Positions 15,962 to 29,943 are shown, numbered from the stretch's first letter. The stretch is 64,000 nt of DNA from Eledone cirrhosa (GCA_964016885.1 OZ024742.1:320168001-320232000), one strand, 5' to 3'. Numbers and translations: made by a program. The notes: generated from the sequence alone by a model not told the origin.

Positions 15962-18900
15962 AAGAAAGAAAGAAAGACAATATATGTAAATAGCAATGAT
16001 TAAAAAGAAATAAAGATATCAATGACAGAAGAAAGGAAGGAAGAGGGGGAAGGGGAGAAAGTGTTATCTTTGCAATGAACAGTAGTAAGAATTTTTAAGT
16101 TGCTACATTTATATTGCACCCCAAGCTGCCAGAATTTTAGTATATATTAAAATATTAAAACAAGAAGAATATTCGTTAGAATATTGATAGCTGTCATTCT
16201 ATCCAGCTAACGTATATGGTTGTTTTATTTAAAACCACTGAGATGGAATCTGTTTGTATTAAGGGTTCCTTTTTAGACCCCCCCCCCCTCCCTTCTCTGC
16301 TTTGTAGGACATCTCTTTAATGACGAACGACTATATATATATTTTATGCCCTTTTGAAAATACAAAATTAATGTAGGTAGAATCTACTTTCATATATATA
16401 TGACAGCCATTTTAACAGATATTTAAAGCTAACTGAACAAAAGAGTGGGTTATTAGAGACGAGTCATTGAGATAAGAAAATGTGTTTAAGATATATATAA
16501 CTATACATATACATATATTTATTGCAGTTAATATTTATTTCTTATTACGTTTATGTTTGAGACAACTCTCTTTTAAAATTTAGCCTTGAGTTCTTGTTCA
16601 GCCCTAAGTAATGCCTTGATCGAGTAGAGCTTATGACCAAACTATAATTATCCTGTCTTTTATTCCCTTATATATCTATATCTATCATATATATATTGTC
16701 TAAATCATCCTTTCCTTTCTTTAAAAATTTTAGCTGCTGTTTCTAGCTAGCAGGTCAAGCGACCAGTTAGTGACCGTTGTGTCACTTTTGAGTTTGTCAT
16801 GTTATTTAAAAAATGGATTTTAATATTCACAACGGAAAATGCAATATTAGAACTAGAAATGCAAAACTAGAACAAAACAGTCATGTTTTGAATAATTTAT
16901 ATTTTAAAGGAAACTTATCTTTAAATATGTGTGTATATATATGTGTGTGTTTAAAGCATTGACTCTCTTACATGCACACACATGCATCCAGATTTTGCTG
17001 ACAAAACTTGACAAATTAAAAAGAGAAATAAGTATTAACTAAACAAAGTGATTTCACTAATTTCTAAAATAATAATTATCATTGATTTTTTTTTATTTTT
17101 TTTTTTTTTTATTTTATTTTTATTTTTTTTTTTTTTTTCTATTAAAAAAAGAAAGAAGAATACTCGTAATGCCTCTATTGTTGTTGTTTAGCCCTTGGCC
17201 AGCTCTGAAAACTGTAGCCATAAAGATCACCCTCACATTTTTTTCTTCCAGGCATTCTGTATTTGGGATTATATTAGCTGACGTGTCTATTTATTTTTAA
17301 GACTTTAAAAGGAGTTATTTGAGGGAAATTTGGTGCAATTTTTACCGGTATTTTCGAGCGATATACATGGAGACTCCGATCGATTACTCGTTGTGGTGAT
17401 GCCGGTTATTATTACAATGAGTGGACATTATGCCGGTTATAAATGGATAACAACGTATCATTCTCGTTGATCATACAAATAAACTAGACAATAGCTATAT
17501 AGGAGAATTTTCTTTATATAATTATTTTCTCCTTCTTTTATCTTAGATCACCTGATTGATAATTAATTTAGCTACAAAACACAAAAAGATTTGTCCTTGT
17601 TAAATACGTTTTATTTGTGTATTTTAATCTTTTTTATATCGTTTGTGACATTTTCCTCTTTGTCACGATTTCTGGCTAATATCAATTCATATACAGGACA
17701 CAAAATGTACATATAATTTATTTAATTTCTAGTTGAGCTTAACCCTACATTCATGGATGCATCTTTCAAAATCACACACATCTTTGCTATTTTGTGATAT
17801 ATATATATGTGTGTGTATGTATGTATGTATGTATGTATGTATGTATGTATACACATTACAAAGATATAGATGTATATGCATGTTATGTGCACATATACAT
17901 ACATGCATACATATATGAAAGGTGTGTATCCATACTTTATTCAGCAAATTATATATATATATATATATATATAATGAATTTAAATATAGGTGATGACACA
18001 ATGAAAGTAATTTTACTTCAGATAATTCTGGAACCAAATGAAATAGACTAAAAATATTCTAAATAGTCATTTATTTAATGAAGTCTAGGAGGGTAAACCT
18101 TTATTAATGCAGTCATAGACATATATATTAAGGTAGGTGTTGGCACATGTCTATCGTAGTCAGTGCAGTTCTTCATATCCACTGGCAATTTAATCGCACA
18201 TTTCGAAGTGTAACGAAGGATTTTAGTATAAGAGAAAAGAAACGGACGTTGACAGTATTCGAACTCGTAACCATAGGCTTACAAAAATCTTCTACTCTGC
18301 AATTAAAACAATGTGTATGGCAGAATCGGTTGCGCTTTTTAGTTACGTCTCTGTACAATTTATGTTCAAATCCCCGCTAAGGTCGACTTCACTTTTCATC
18401 CTTCCAAGATTGACATTGGCCGATCTAATCGAATGCCCGCACCCCATCTCTTCACACCATCAAAAATAAATAGTGGTTTTGTGCTTATAGGTTATAGAAA
18501 TCATTTTATTTAGCATCATTGAAGACTGTCATTGGATTTAATTGTGTCATATTTCTGGCAAATAAATCTTAACAATTCGCTCGTCCTTCTTTTAACTGCA
18601 GCCATGTGGGTAAATACTAAAAAAGTTTCCTTTTATTTAAGGGGGTGTTTGTATTTTATACAGAAAGAATTATGAAAAACTACACTACAAACAAATGAGA
18701 AATGTCAATTGAACTCTCAACCAATTTGTCGTATAACAGTAGTCCCTAAAAAGGGAACCATTAAATAAATAAACAGGCTTTCTTACATATTTTAAAATAA
18801 GTTTGCGAATTCATGTTTTAAATGACATTTTACGTTACTGCTATATTTATAGCGTTGTTTCTCCTTTCCTTCTTTCAACCTTCTTGAATGTCGGCGCTGT

Positions 18901-21900
18901 CAACTTCAATATTCTATTTCAACCTAGACAAATAGACAAGGATGCATATACGTGATCTGATGACTTGCTAGAAATAGTAACATGATATATTTAAAACCAC
19001 ACACACGGTAAGGTGTGTGTATGAGAAAATGTCTTGAGAAAAAAAACACATTGTATGTAGTTTTATATAATATTGCCTTATAAAATACAGATTAAAAAAG
19101 CCGGATAATGTGAAGAAGAATGCATTTGATTATAGACTTGCTCGATCTGGGCCTACTTGGGAGTTAAACAGCATAATATAATATATATTTTAATCGATGG
19201 ATGGCATCTATACCCTAAGCCCCATACTTTAATCTGACACGACCCCTAAACACATACATGCATAAACATATCTCAATCAGTGACAATTTCAAATCATATA
19301 TAGAATGTTTTTAATCTATAAGCAAGCAACCCTAGCCAAGTTCTGTTTGCAGTTTTCAGAAATATATATATATATTCAATATTCAATTTAAGTGAAAAAA
19401 TTACATTTTATAGCTCAAATCACTTTATTATATGTAGTGTTTCTATGCTGATAATTTATTAAGCGGCTTTCGAAAATGCCGGTCGGGTCAGACCGTTGCA
19501 AAGTAAATAATACGACGTCCACTAGGTGATTCTTCGTTGTCGCTCGATCTACTAGAAATAGCAGGCAAATCTCCATCATATCACATCTTGTTGTTTAAAA
19601 AAGGAAAGAAGAAAAGATAAAAAACGGAGGAAAGACTGTGGATACTGTTAGTTCTAGGTACACAATGTCTATATAAAACAATGGCTGAGATGGTCACGAA
19701 TGGAACGCTTCTTAACCGATAAGTCTATTTGATCAACACTGACCAGGGGCTAAACAACGAGTCTTCTTTTTCCTCTACTACTACCACTATTACTACCACC
19801 ACCTGGTTGATTCATTGACGAAAAAACGAAGTAGTAGTAACTTAATCATAACCACAAAAAGTCATGATGTACGCTTACGTAATCTAGTAACGGAAATAAA
19901 GTCGCAGAAATATATTTCGGAGAGAATAAAGTCACAGCGGAAATAAAGTCAATGAAAAACTTCGTTAAATAAATGATTTAAGATGTTTTTTTCTTGTTTT
20001 ATTTTAAGATATTGAATAAAGGTCTCCCCTCTCCCATCGGTGCTAGCACGACTGAGGTTGAGGAGTTCAATTCGTAACCACGTGGCCTCGGGTTCTGTCC
20101 CTCAGTCTGACATATTGGGCAAGTGTCTGCTACTAATAACTTCGGTGGGGTTGACGATTGACCTTGTGAGTGAAATTTCGAAGACAAAAAACTGCTGAAG
20201 CCTGTCATATATATTTGCTCTAGGGTTCTTATATGCTTGATATATATTTATCCTTATCGAGCCCTCTTTGGATTTTAGTCTTCACATTTATTATTATTAC
20301 TATATATATATATATATATATATGCCATACTGTATCAAATCATGTATTATCAGTTAAGACATAACTTAAATTATTAGCTAATTACTTCAAATCTTAATAT
20401 TTATGGTATTCAAATGAAGTGCAACCTTTTTTGACCGTGTACATTTTTTTTCTAGCCAACAAAAATTGTGATTTTTAATGTCTTTATTTCCGTTCACAGA
20501 TTTACAAACTTGCTCAACGAGATTCAATAAACAGCCTTCGAGATTATGGTCTCAGCTAGTTTTAGATTTTTTTAGGCGTGGGGGAAACTATAAAACAAAG
20601 ATTCTCGACATTTTTAATGTGTATAAGATGGGAGAAAGGACAATGAATATATATATATATTAGAAAGAGTCGGGGCCCGACGGCTGAGCTGTTGCTATAC
20701 TCTATTATCCCATGTATCGAGTACTCTGTTTAAAACTGATACCTTATTAAAACGGTTGCTAGTGCATTATTTTAGTTATCTGACCTTCCTTAGGCCCTAA
20801 CTGTCTTGGGCAATTTAAACCTGACGGAGCCCATCATTTTCAAGGCCTGAATACAGCTGATTTCTTCCATCGAAAGAGAGCGGAGGTAAAAGCGGCTGGT
20901 TAAGAACAATCAACCTTAGTCCTGGACTGGTATTTTATTTATCAACTGCAAAAAATGGAAAGTAGATTTCGGCGAGATTTGAACACGGGGTGGAAAGGTC
21001 TAAAGCATAAAAAAAATAAAAAAACTTCTCAATTTAATTCGTCGAGTCCAGGGATTTGCAATTTATATTATTTGAAAATCAAGATGAAAATCCTTTAAAA
21101 TGATGCCGAAGATTTAATGATTGTCTTTGTCTTTAATTATGCATTGGTCTGTCTTAATCGAGCAGACTAAGATGCAAAAGCATTCTAGCTGTGACTAACT
21201 CAACCCAACCCAACCCAACCCGTCTTTCACCCACAGCTCATTTCAAAACGATATTTTCCAACATGTCCTTATTTCTTTTTTTTTTTTTCTTTCTAAAAGA
21301 TGATAAAGTGTGAATTGAGAGAGGGATATTTAGCTGTTATTTCTAGCAGGTCGACTGACCACCTCGATATACTCCCTCATTAGCACATGGAATTCCATTA
21401 ACGTTTATAACACTTGGTTGAGTAAAGGAGCATTTTCTTCATTTGTTCGTTTATCATATTCTTCTTTCAAGAATTATATTTATCGTTTTGTTTTAAAAGT
21501 AATTTTTGTTAATTATCAATCAGCTATTGATTAATTTATTTATGAAATTTTCTTAAGTCCACTCCTGCGTTGATAAGGTAGTAAATGATGGTATTTTATA
21601 TACAAGTTACAATTCCTTAAACTACGCCTACTAAACTACCAACAAAACCACCTGCATCATCATCACCATCATAATAATCATCAGCATCCGCGTCATCGTC
21701 AACAACACAAATCTATCTGCCGGCATCAACAACGATCAAGTAGAACCGGCAGAACCTTATTATTTGACTTTGCCTTTCATCCTTACGGGGTCGATAAAAT
21801 AAAGTACCAGTAATACACTAGTATTTGCTGACCTTGTGCCAAAAGTAGAAACAATTAAAATTTCTTATCATTTACTCTTTTATCTGTTCCAAGCCATCCG

Positions 21901-22041
21901 GTTGAGGCCATGCTGGGGCACCGCCCTTGAAATTTATATAAAAAATAAAGCAATAACATGTACAAACAACTTACATCGATCATTGAATTTAAATATAGAT
22001 TTTAAAAATTGTTTTATTTCATTGACGGAGAGCAAGCTAGG

Positions 22042-22074
<33 letters not shown>

Positions 22075-22391
22075 GGTGAATAGCACATATATAACATAAT
22101 ATAATAGGGGTTTACATGCTATAAATAATATCTACACTACTTTCTTTAAAGTATGAAGTACTATGTCGAATAATGGTTTACTAGTCTCAATTAGTAGCAT
22201 TTTATATCTCTCACGTAACCCATCTCGCCTATTTCTCTCTATATAATATATATACATATACATGATCCTGTGAGTACACAGGTAAAACTCCTAACTAACA
22301 AGACTCATCTCTTCGCCATAATTAAGAATATATATATACAAACACAGCTGATATAGTGTACTTTCTAGTGATAAAAAAAAAAAAATTATAA

Positions 22392-22638
22392 CCGAAAGAC
22401 TGAAGTTGTCCCCTTTCAAGTAGTCGTCAGTACATTATATATAGTGGTGTATAGTAGTCGTCAAATCAAACATTGGCTTGCCATTGCTACAGTTAGTGAT
22501 CATCAGCAATGATGTTCACATTCACTTCTTCTTTCTCTCCAAGACTCATAGACATTACCCTATTGCTCTCCTCATGCCGCTCTACTTGCTCATCCCACTC
22601 CTCTTTATGTTTGTCTCTCTTTCTTTCTCTCCATGTCA

Positions 22639-22690
<52 letters not shown>

Positions 22691-22937
22691 TGACATGGAG
22701 AGAAAGAAAGAGAGACAAACATAAAGAGGAGTGGGATGAGCAAGTAGAGCGGCATGAGGAGAGCAATAGGGTAATGTCTATGAGTCTTGGAGAGAAAGAA
22801 GAAGTGAATGTGAACATCATTGCTGATGATCACTAACTGTAGCAATGGCAAGCCAATGTTTGATTTGACGACTACTATACACCACTATATATAATGTACT
22901 GACGACTACTTGAAAGGGGACAACTTCAGTCTTTCGG
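22392..22937. repeat. Perfect 546 bp palindrome centred on (TA)n
   Basis: The arms are exact reverse complements. Mirrored ORFs 22478..22693+ and 22636..22851- give identical peptides. Confidence 0.95.
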
Positions 22938-23905
22938 AGTGTGCCCAGGCGCTCACCGCCCTCTGGCAGGCGGATCCGGTTATCAGTGGAGACTCCACCG
23001 CAACATTCTATAGAGGGCTGGTACGCAGCAGGTGCGACGACGCCCTCGGAGAAGCCCTAGACATGGAGGAGGACGAACTGGCCAGCCTTTTCGGTAGGAC
23101 ATTTAGCCCGGGACCTATGGACAACTTCCAGAAGTCCCTGGCCTGGCAGTGCTACCGAGGGGCTTTACCCGTTCGAGAAAGGCTCTACAGACACGGGCGC
23201 CCGGGTAGGGACCCCGCCAAAAAGATCTGTCCCAGATGCGTGTGCGACGAGGAAACCGTTGCACACGCATTAGTACACTGCTCGGGCGTAGCCGATCTGT
23301 GGGGCTATGTCGAACAACTGCTGTCAAGGGTGGGACCGATCCGGTTGACCACCGAGTCTATTGTAATGATCAAGCCGCCTCCCCCCTTCAAAGATGAAGC
23401 AGAGGCGGTGTTTCTGTGCGTAATAGCCATGGCGAAAGAGGTTGTATGGTGGACGCGTCTGAAAGGACTGAGGTCGGGCACCTTTCTCTCTGGCCAACAA
23501 CTGGTCCGTTTCTTCCGATATCATTTCGGAAGAAGGATCAGGATGGAGAGAGAGGTGCTGCACCCCAGCCGTTTCTATGAAAGATGGGTGAAAGTGGCGA
23601 GAATGGCCCGTGTGAATGGGCCTTCACTCTACATCAGACTATAGGTGAGGAAGATGAAAGACCAAGGGAGCACCCCTTCTCTGTGCTCCTGAGGAGAAGG
23701 GTTGCACACTTTTTTCGGGGGTGTGTGCGACCCCCCAAGGCGCCTCCTCTCTATTGAGGATTTTGTTAAAAATTTTATTTTTTGTTATATCTTATTTTAT
23801 TTTTATATTTTGTTATTGCCTTCTCCTTATTGAGGACGCCTTTTTGTGTAAACTCCCCCCTTTGTACTTGTCCCACTTTTGATGCCCTAGTGGCAAATAA
23901 AAGAA
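22938..23905 (+). mobile_element. 5'-truncated Tx1/L1-clade LINE: ORF2 C-terminal zinc-knuckle region + 3' UTR
   Basis: ORF 22910..23644 contains W.CYRGALPVRERL...CPRC...ETVAHALVHC...W, typical of the L1/Tx1 ORF2 C-terminus. AATAAA at about 23897 precedes (TA)n. Confidence 0.85.
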
Positions 23906-24359
23906 ATATATATATATATAATGTGTGTGTGTGTACATATATACATGTTTATAAACACACATACACATATATGTGTGTGCACGCATGTATATATATGAAA
24001 CTAATAACTGTAATTGTATCTCTGTGTTTGCGTTTTTTTGATCTTGAAATATATGTACATATTCCGGGCTGGTTGTCTGGCGAGCTTGTAAAAGGACGAC
24101 TCTAAACGAAAACACTTCTTAGCTTTGGTTAAATCATGTCTATAGGAGAAAGTTACTCTGATATAAAACCCTTTGTGCTGGGACTGCTCGTGTCCACTTT
24201 GAAAATCTTTTGGGATAGCTTAAGATTAGCCCTGGATTAACCATCAAGCAAAATAAGCATGTACTTAGTGCCTAAAGTAAAGAGGGCCTTACAATAATTG
24301 AAATGTACATATATTTTCATTTTTTTTTGTGAGACCCCTTTAATGTATTTTTTTAACGA

Positions 24360-24499
24360 AGGTACATGCCGCCTCGACCTGTTTCTGGACCAGGCCAGCA
24401 GGGTGAAGGAAAGGACCTATTAAGTGTATTTGGACCTAAAATGCATGAGCATTGCTGACTTTAGTCAGTGATAGTCTTCACCGAACACGACTGGTCAGC

Positions 24500-24542
<43 letters not shown>
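24360..24542 (+). mobile_element. Probable RTE-like LINE 3' end with (ATC)n tail
   Basis: Ends in cagccatcatcatc..., the same terminus as the RTE at about 62960 (gcagccatca). Confidence 0.5.
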
Positions 24543-24544
24543 GC

Positions 24545-24597
<53 letters not shown>

Positions 24598-25013
24598 CAA
24601 AAAGTTATGAAACGAAAGGAGCTGTGTGGTTACTAAAACAAGGTTTAGGATGGTGGTTAGGACGGAACAGGAGGAGAAAGGAAGAAAGGAGTTTCCATCG
24701 TCAGCTGTAAATGTTTCTCGAACCGATGTTTCGGCGCTGAATTACAGGACATCGGTGTATTTTTATTAATCAAAAGGCCAGGTGGAAAATGAGAGAGAAA
24801 GAGAGAAAAAAAGGGGAGAAAAAAGGAGAGAGAAAAGGAAAGAGAGGGAGGGAAAGGAGGAAGAACAGGGGGGATGAGGAGAGTGGAAGAAGGGGGAAGG
24901 GAAAAGGGGAAAATAGGAAAGGAATAGGAGAAAAAAAAATGGACAGGTCCCATCGTGGGAAGACACAGGTGAAAGAAACATGCAGAAAAGTAACCGTGGA
25001 AAAATAGGGAAAG

Positions 25014-25047
<34 letters not shown>

Positions 25048-25181
25048 AAAGTTAATCAAGGTTCAATGAATGTATCAAAGAATGAGTTTTACAATAGATT
25101 GGAAGCACTCAACAGTTATAAAAAAAGGTTATTAATATTAATTCAAAATATTAACAAAATAGATATTCTTGTGATCAATTA

Positions 25182-25248
25182 TATTTTATTATACATATTT
25201 CAGAGGTACTGAGTTAAGTTTAACAGTACGTCCTCATCAGATAAAATA
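25182..25248 (-). ncRNA. Minimal type I hammerhead ribozyme
   Basis: tattttat CTGATGA ggacGTACTG-ttaaacttaact-CAGTACctct GAAA tatgta TA ataaaata. Stem I is 8 bp, core intact, AUA triplet. Confidence 0.8.
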
Positions 25249-25369
25249 GGATGATGCATGACATACCCTGACATAGTAGATGGTTAAGATTCAGTCATGA
25301 CTGAATCTTAACCATTGTATAATAAAATATAATTGATCACAAGAATATCTATTTTGTTAATATTTTGAA

Positions 25370-25404
<35 letters not shown>

Positions 25405-25734
25405 AAATATATATGTATATATCTCTGACCCCGACGGCAGAGCTCAAGCCGTTTCGACGTCTATTTCTGGACGTCCAGAAATAGCCGTCGAAACGGCTTG
25501 AGCTCTGCCGTCGGGGGTCAAACATTTTCCTATTACCCACTCTACTACCCTAACTATTGAGTACCCTGGTGCGTTATGGTCCATCTGGTTCCTTACCACA
25601 CCTCCTTCGTTATATATATATATATATAACGAAGGAGGTGTGGTAATATATATAACATCTAGGTGTGGTAATATATATAACATCTAACTCTTATTTATAT
25701 CTATATGAATTAGTATAAATTTATCCCTATAAAT

Positions 25735-26595
25735 ATATAAGTATCTACACGTACATACATATATGTATACAGACGTACAGTAGTATGTATATATATATAC
25801 ATACATATATATGTACGTATGGATTCACCGAATATTTATTATAATGCTCGGTGTATTTGTAAACAAACATCCCGTATTAAGCCGTAGTGTCCAGCAACCA
25901 TCGTTGCTCGTTTGTTCAACACTGACAAAGGAACGCTGTACTAGTTTCAAGCTTATTAGCTATCGTCAGCAACGTATACTTTCCTGCCAGATTATTGAAC
26001 GTATATACTTACCTTATGCATATTAACGGCTGAGTAGCCCAATTTGCATATCGAGTGGGTTTATCGGCCGGGTGCACCGAAAACGATAAACGGAAAAAAT
26101 GAAACGAAATTTCATTTCCCACTCTTAGTACGGCTGTTACTTAAATATAAGTATGTTCACGTACATACATATATGTATACAGACGTACAGTAGTATGTAT
26201 ATATATATACATACATGCACACATATATATATATGTACGTATGGATTCACCGAACATTTACAATCTGGCAGGAAGGTATACGTTGCTGACAATAGCTAAT
26301 AAGCTTGAAACTAGTACAGCGTTCCTTTGTCAGTGTTGAACAAACGAGCAACGATGGTTGCTGGACACTACGGCTTAATACGGGATGTTTGTTTACAAAC
26401 ACACCGAGCATTATAATAAATGTTCGGTGAATCCATACGTACATATATATATGTGCGCATGTATGTATATATATATATATATATACATACTACTGTACGT
26501 CTGTATACATATATGTATGTACGTGTACATACTTATATTTAAGTAACAACCGCACTAAGAGTGGGAAATGAAATTTCGTTTCATTTTTCCGTTTA
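25735..26595. repeat. Complex fold-back duplication of an HHR-bearing element
   Basis: 25735-25995 is inverted at about 26256-26541. 26086-26260 repeats part of it directly and is inverted at 26420-26595. Mirrored ORFs 25811+ and 26247-. Confidence 0.85.
25933..25975 (-). ncRNA. Minimal type I hammerhead ribozyme
   Basis: acgttg CTGACGA tAGCTaataAGCTt GAAA CTAG TA cagcgt. Palindromic stem III, GUA triplet. The inverted copy at 26280-26322(+) has core CTGACAA. Confidence 0.82.
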
Positions 26596-27329
26596 CCTAT
26601 AAATATACCTATCAATTAAATTAATTTAATTTCTTTTTATAGATCTAAATTCCTTATGTTTTAAATAAGATTGATATTTTTTCACTAACACATTTATCGT
26701 AAAATTTTATTCTCCTTAGATTTTAACATTAGCATTATTCTTTAATAACATCAAATTTTCGTGTACCTTTCACCGGCTTGACCTATTTTCATCCGCAAAG
26801 TAATCTTTTTATTCAAAATACTCTTTCCATTCAAAACTGAAGTCTGCATTCCTCTACCCCTAAATTAAATTTCTGCTACTACTATTCTATTAACTTGACC
26901 ACTTACTACTTTTCTATTGGTCAATTCAAAACCTGTTCCCAAACAGACCTATTATATTAAATCTTTGTTGTTTTTTTTCAATAAACAAATATCATTCTGA
27001 GTTCAAATCCCGCCGAGGTTAACTTTGCCTTTCTTCCTTACGGGGTCGATAAAATAAAGTACCAGTAATGTACTGGGTAATTGCAATTATTTCTGAAGAC
27101 AGCATATATATGTGTAGGTATGTATATTCCTTCTGATAGTTTGTAAAATTTTTACATAGATATACATACCAACACACACATATATATCCAAGAAACGATC
27201 GTAGAATGATGATTTTTTTAATATAAGGAACTGTTTCTTTGTTTTTATTCATTATTTTTATTAATTTATATATATATAGGATGATGAGGATATATATATA
27301 TTAAGATGCTCACGATCATAGGGTCGACC

Positions 27330-27540
27330 GATGAAATCAATTCCCGGACAGGGTGGCGCGTTGTCTTTGATTAAGACATTTTATTTCACGTTGCTCAAAT
27401 AAAAAAATTGAATTACGACGACTGAGGTGCCAAGCTGTATCGGCCTTGTCTTTCCCTATGACCACATCAGTGATGTGGTGAGAAGTGACTGGCGTGCATG
27501 AGCGACTGCTGGTCTCCCACAAAATCATCTTGCGATGATG
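27330..27540 (+). mobile_element. SINE family 2 copy
   Basis: gcgttgtgtccttgagcaagacactttatttcac-type core. Also at about 35960-36230, 50465-50710, and inverted at 12390-12480, 55130-55690 and 56360-56480. Confidence 0.7.
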
Positions 27541-27609
27541 AGTCTGCGCTGTGGAGTAGGTGTATATATATGGTAGGTCATGACTGAAAACGGGGAGGAC
27601 TTAATATAA

Positions 27610-28870
27610 ATATCTTCTTTGCCCACTTATTCCTTACAGGGTCGGAGGAGCAGAATCCTCAGACACGCCTTCCAAAGGTAGCAACAATCAGTAGCAACAA
27701 TCTCCAAATGTTTTGACTGTAGATTATGGATGTTAATCATCTTGCTCGTAGTCTATCCTTGGGTTTCCTACTGGTTGGTTTTGTCCGTAAAATCTGTCCA
27801 ACGATTCTTTCCTTAGACATTCTTACCACATATCTGGAGTACCGGAGCTGTAATCATTCAATCTGGAGAAGTAGCGGCTCTACCTGGAACGACTCCCTGA
27901 TCTCCGAGCTACGCACTCTATCGAATAAGGTTACTCCAAAAACCATTCGGTCATCACCCAAGGTAACCCATAGGTAAGGGTTGACACGATCAGCGAATTG
28001 GTGATAGCGAGTTTGACTTTTACATTTACCTCCCTTCTTTTGATGACAGAATGCAGAAGCCGGCTCATTACTGCACCAGCTCCAGCAATTCTTGCATTTA
28101 ATTCAGCTTCTCGCCTTGCTTTACTTGAAAAAAAGGCTACCAGATACTTGAACTTATCCGCCTTCTTCAGTGGAACTCTGCTTACACGTAGAGTGCACTG
28201 CACAGGTTTTCTCGGGAAGACGAATGCCTTAGTCTTCGCAGTACTGATTTTCATTCCTGCAGCATCGCACTCAGCAGCAAACATATCCATTGCATGTTAA
28301 GTATTACCACATCTTCTGCAAATATCAACTGACTGATCCGACACCTACCGCCTTTGATATCACTTTGAACTTAGTTGCGCATTTCAACCCTATTTATGAA
28401 AATTATGAACAGGAGAGGGGACTATACGCACTTTTGGCTGAGTGCGACATCCATATTGAATGGTTTCAAATTAGCACCATTTATCCAAACACAAATACTA
28501 GAGTATTTGTATAGGACTTCAAGGCAACGAGAAGCTAGCCGTCGATCCTATATTACTGCAGAACCTTCCACAACAAGTCCAGTGGAACGTAGTCTTTTCA
28601 AACAAGCATACACACCGAAGTCCTGCCTCACAATGAATACTTCGCCGGCTGTGCTGCACCCAGGGTGAAAACCTTATTGTTCACCTGTTAGCTTGAATCC
28701 GACAGGATCTCTATATCTCTTTGCCAGACATTTAGCATAGACTTTACCGAGGAGGCTTAACAAGGAAATTCCTATATAATTAAAGCAATTTCTCTTGTCA
28801 CCCTTTTTGAAAATTAGGATTATCATTCCAAATTGCCATTGGTTTGAAGTGCAGGTAATACGATATGGCA
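27610..28870 (-). mobile_element. Degenerate RTE-like LINE (RT domain to 3' end)
   Basis: ORFs 28674..28871 (IFKKGDKRNCFNYIGISLLSLLGKVY) and 27931..28290 (GMKISTAKTK...FKYL). Frameshifted. Confidence 0.85.
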
Positions 28871-29525
28871 CTTGAACATAAAATTATGATTTTATGTTCA
28901 AGTTTTATGATAATCCTGGACACATGGTATTTCTAACTGTCAGATGCTCATAGAAGTATATAGATACGAGATACTTTCGTCAGAGTTAGTATAAAGAAAA
29001 CCGCATCTGTAGCTGTTTATATACAGAAACAGCTCAAGAATCAAATAGACAAATACGTACGATTTGCCTTGCAAGAGTGCTCAAATCACTGAAATCAAAA
29101 TTTAATGAATTTAAAATTAACATACGGAAATGTGCTGTTACATTAATTATATGGATAAATATTTCCTAGTTTTAATGAAAATATGGTTTGTGTACAAAGT
29201 GATTAACGAGTGTGGTATTTTCCTCTTTCTTTTTATTACCTTCGTTTTCTCTTTCTTTCTTATTATCTTTTTTTTTACCTTTGCGTTTTTTAATTTCTTT
29301 TTTTTATTTATTTATTTCCTCTATAACAATTTTCTCTATCCCCAGTCTACATATTGCCACTTACACTTGATCGAAATCTATAACGATATGCACTCGAAGA
29401 CCGGGAATGGGAAACTCTGAGTAACTGCTCACACTGTCTCGGCTTTGAATATATAATATTTCTTTCTACTTTGGCCAACATTATAGAATACATTTTTTTC
29501 ATTTTTTCTCTGAATTGAAAATCGC

Positions 29526-29562
<37 letters not shown>

Positions 29563-29746
29563 TGCGCGTGTGTGTGCGTGCGCGTGTGTACGTACTTTAT
29601 ATAAAGTAGTATAATTAATACGAAGCATCGTGAGATATGTAACTTATCGGTCTTTTATTACACACACGCACACACTGATATATATATATATGTGTCTCTC
29701 TCTCTCTGTGTGTGTGTGTGTGTATGGGTGTATACATATGTATATA

Positions 29747-29823
<77 letters not shown>

Positions 29824-29852
29824 GTATATATATATATATACACACATATATG

Positions 29853-29943
<91 letters not shown>

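Noticed and set aside
18955-18985. CTGATGA...GAAA HHR-like string
   Set aside because: No stem I or II pairing. Other copies of this repeat (19545, 21333-) lack the CTGATGA.
22350-22435. CTGACGA...GAAA on the minus strand in the palindrome arm
   Set aside because: Stems I and II pair poorly; at best a decayed motif.
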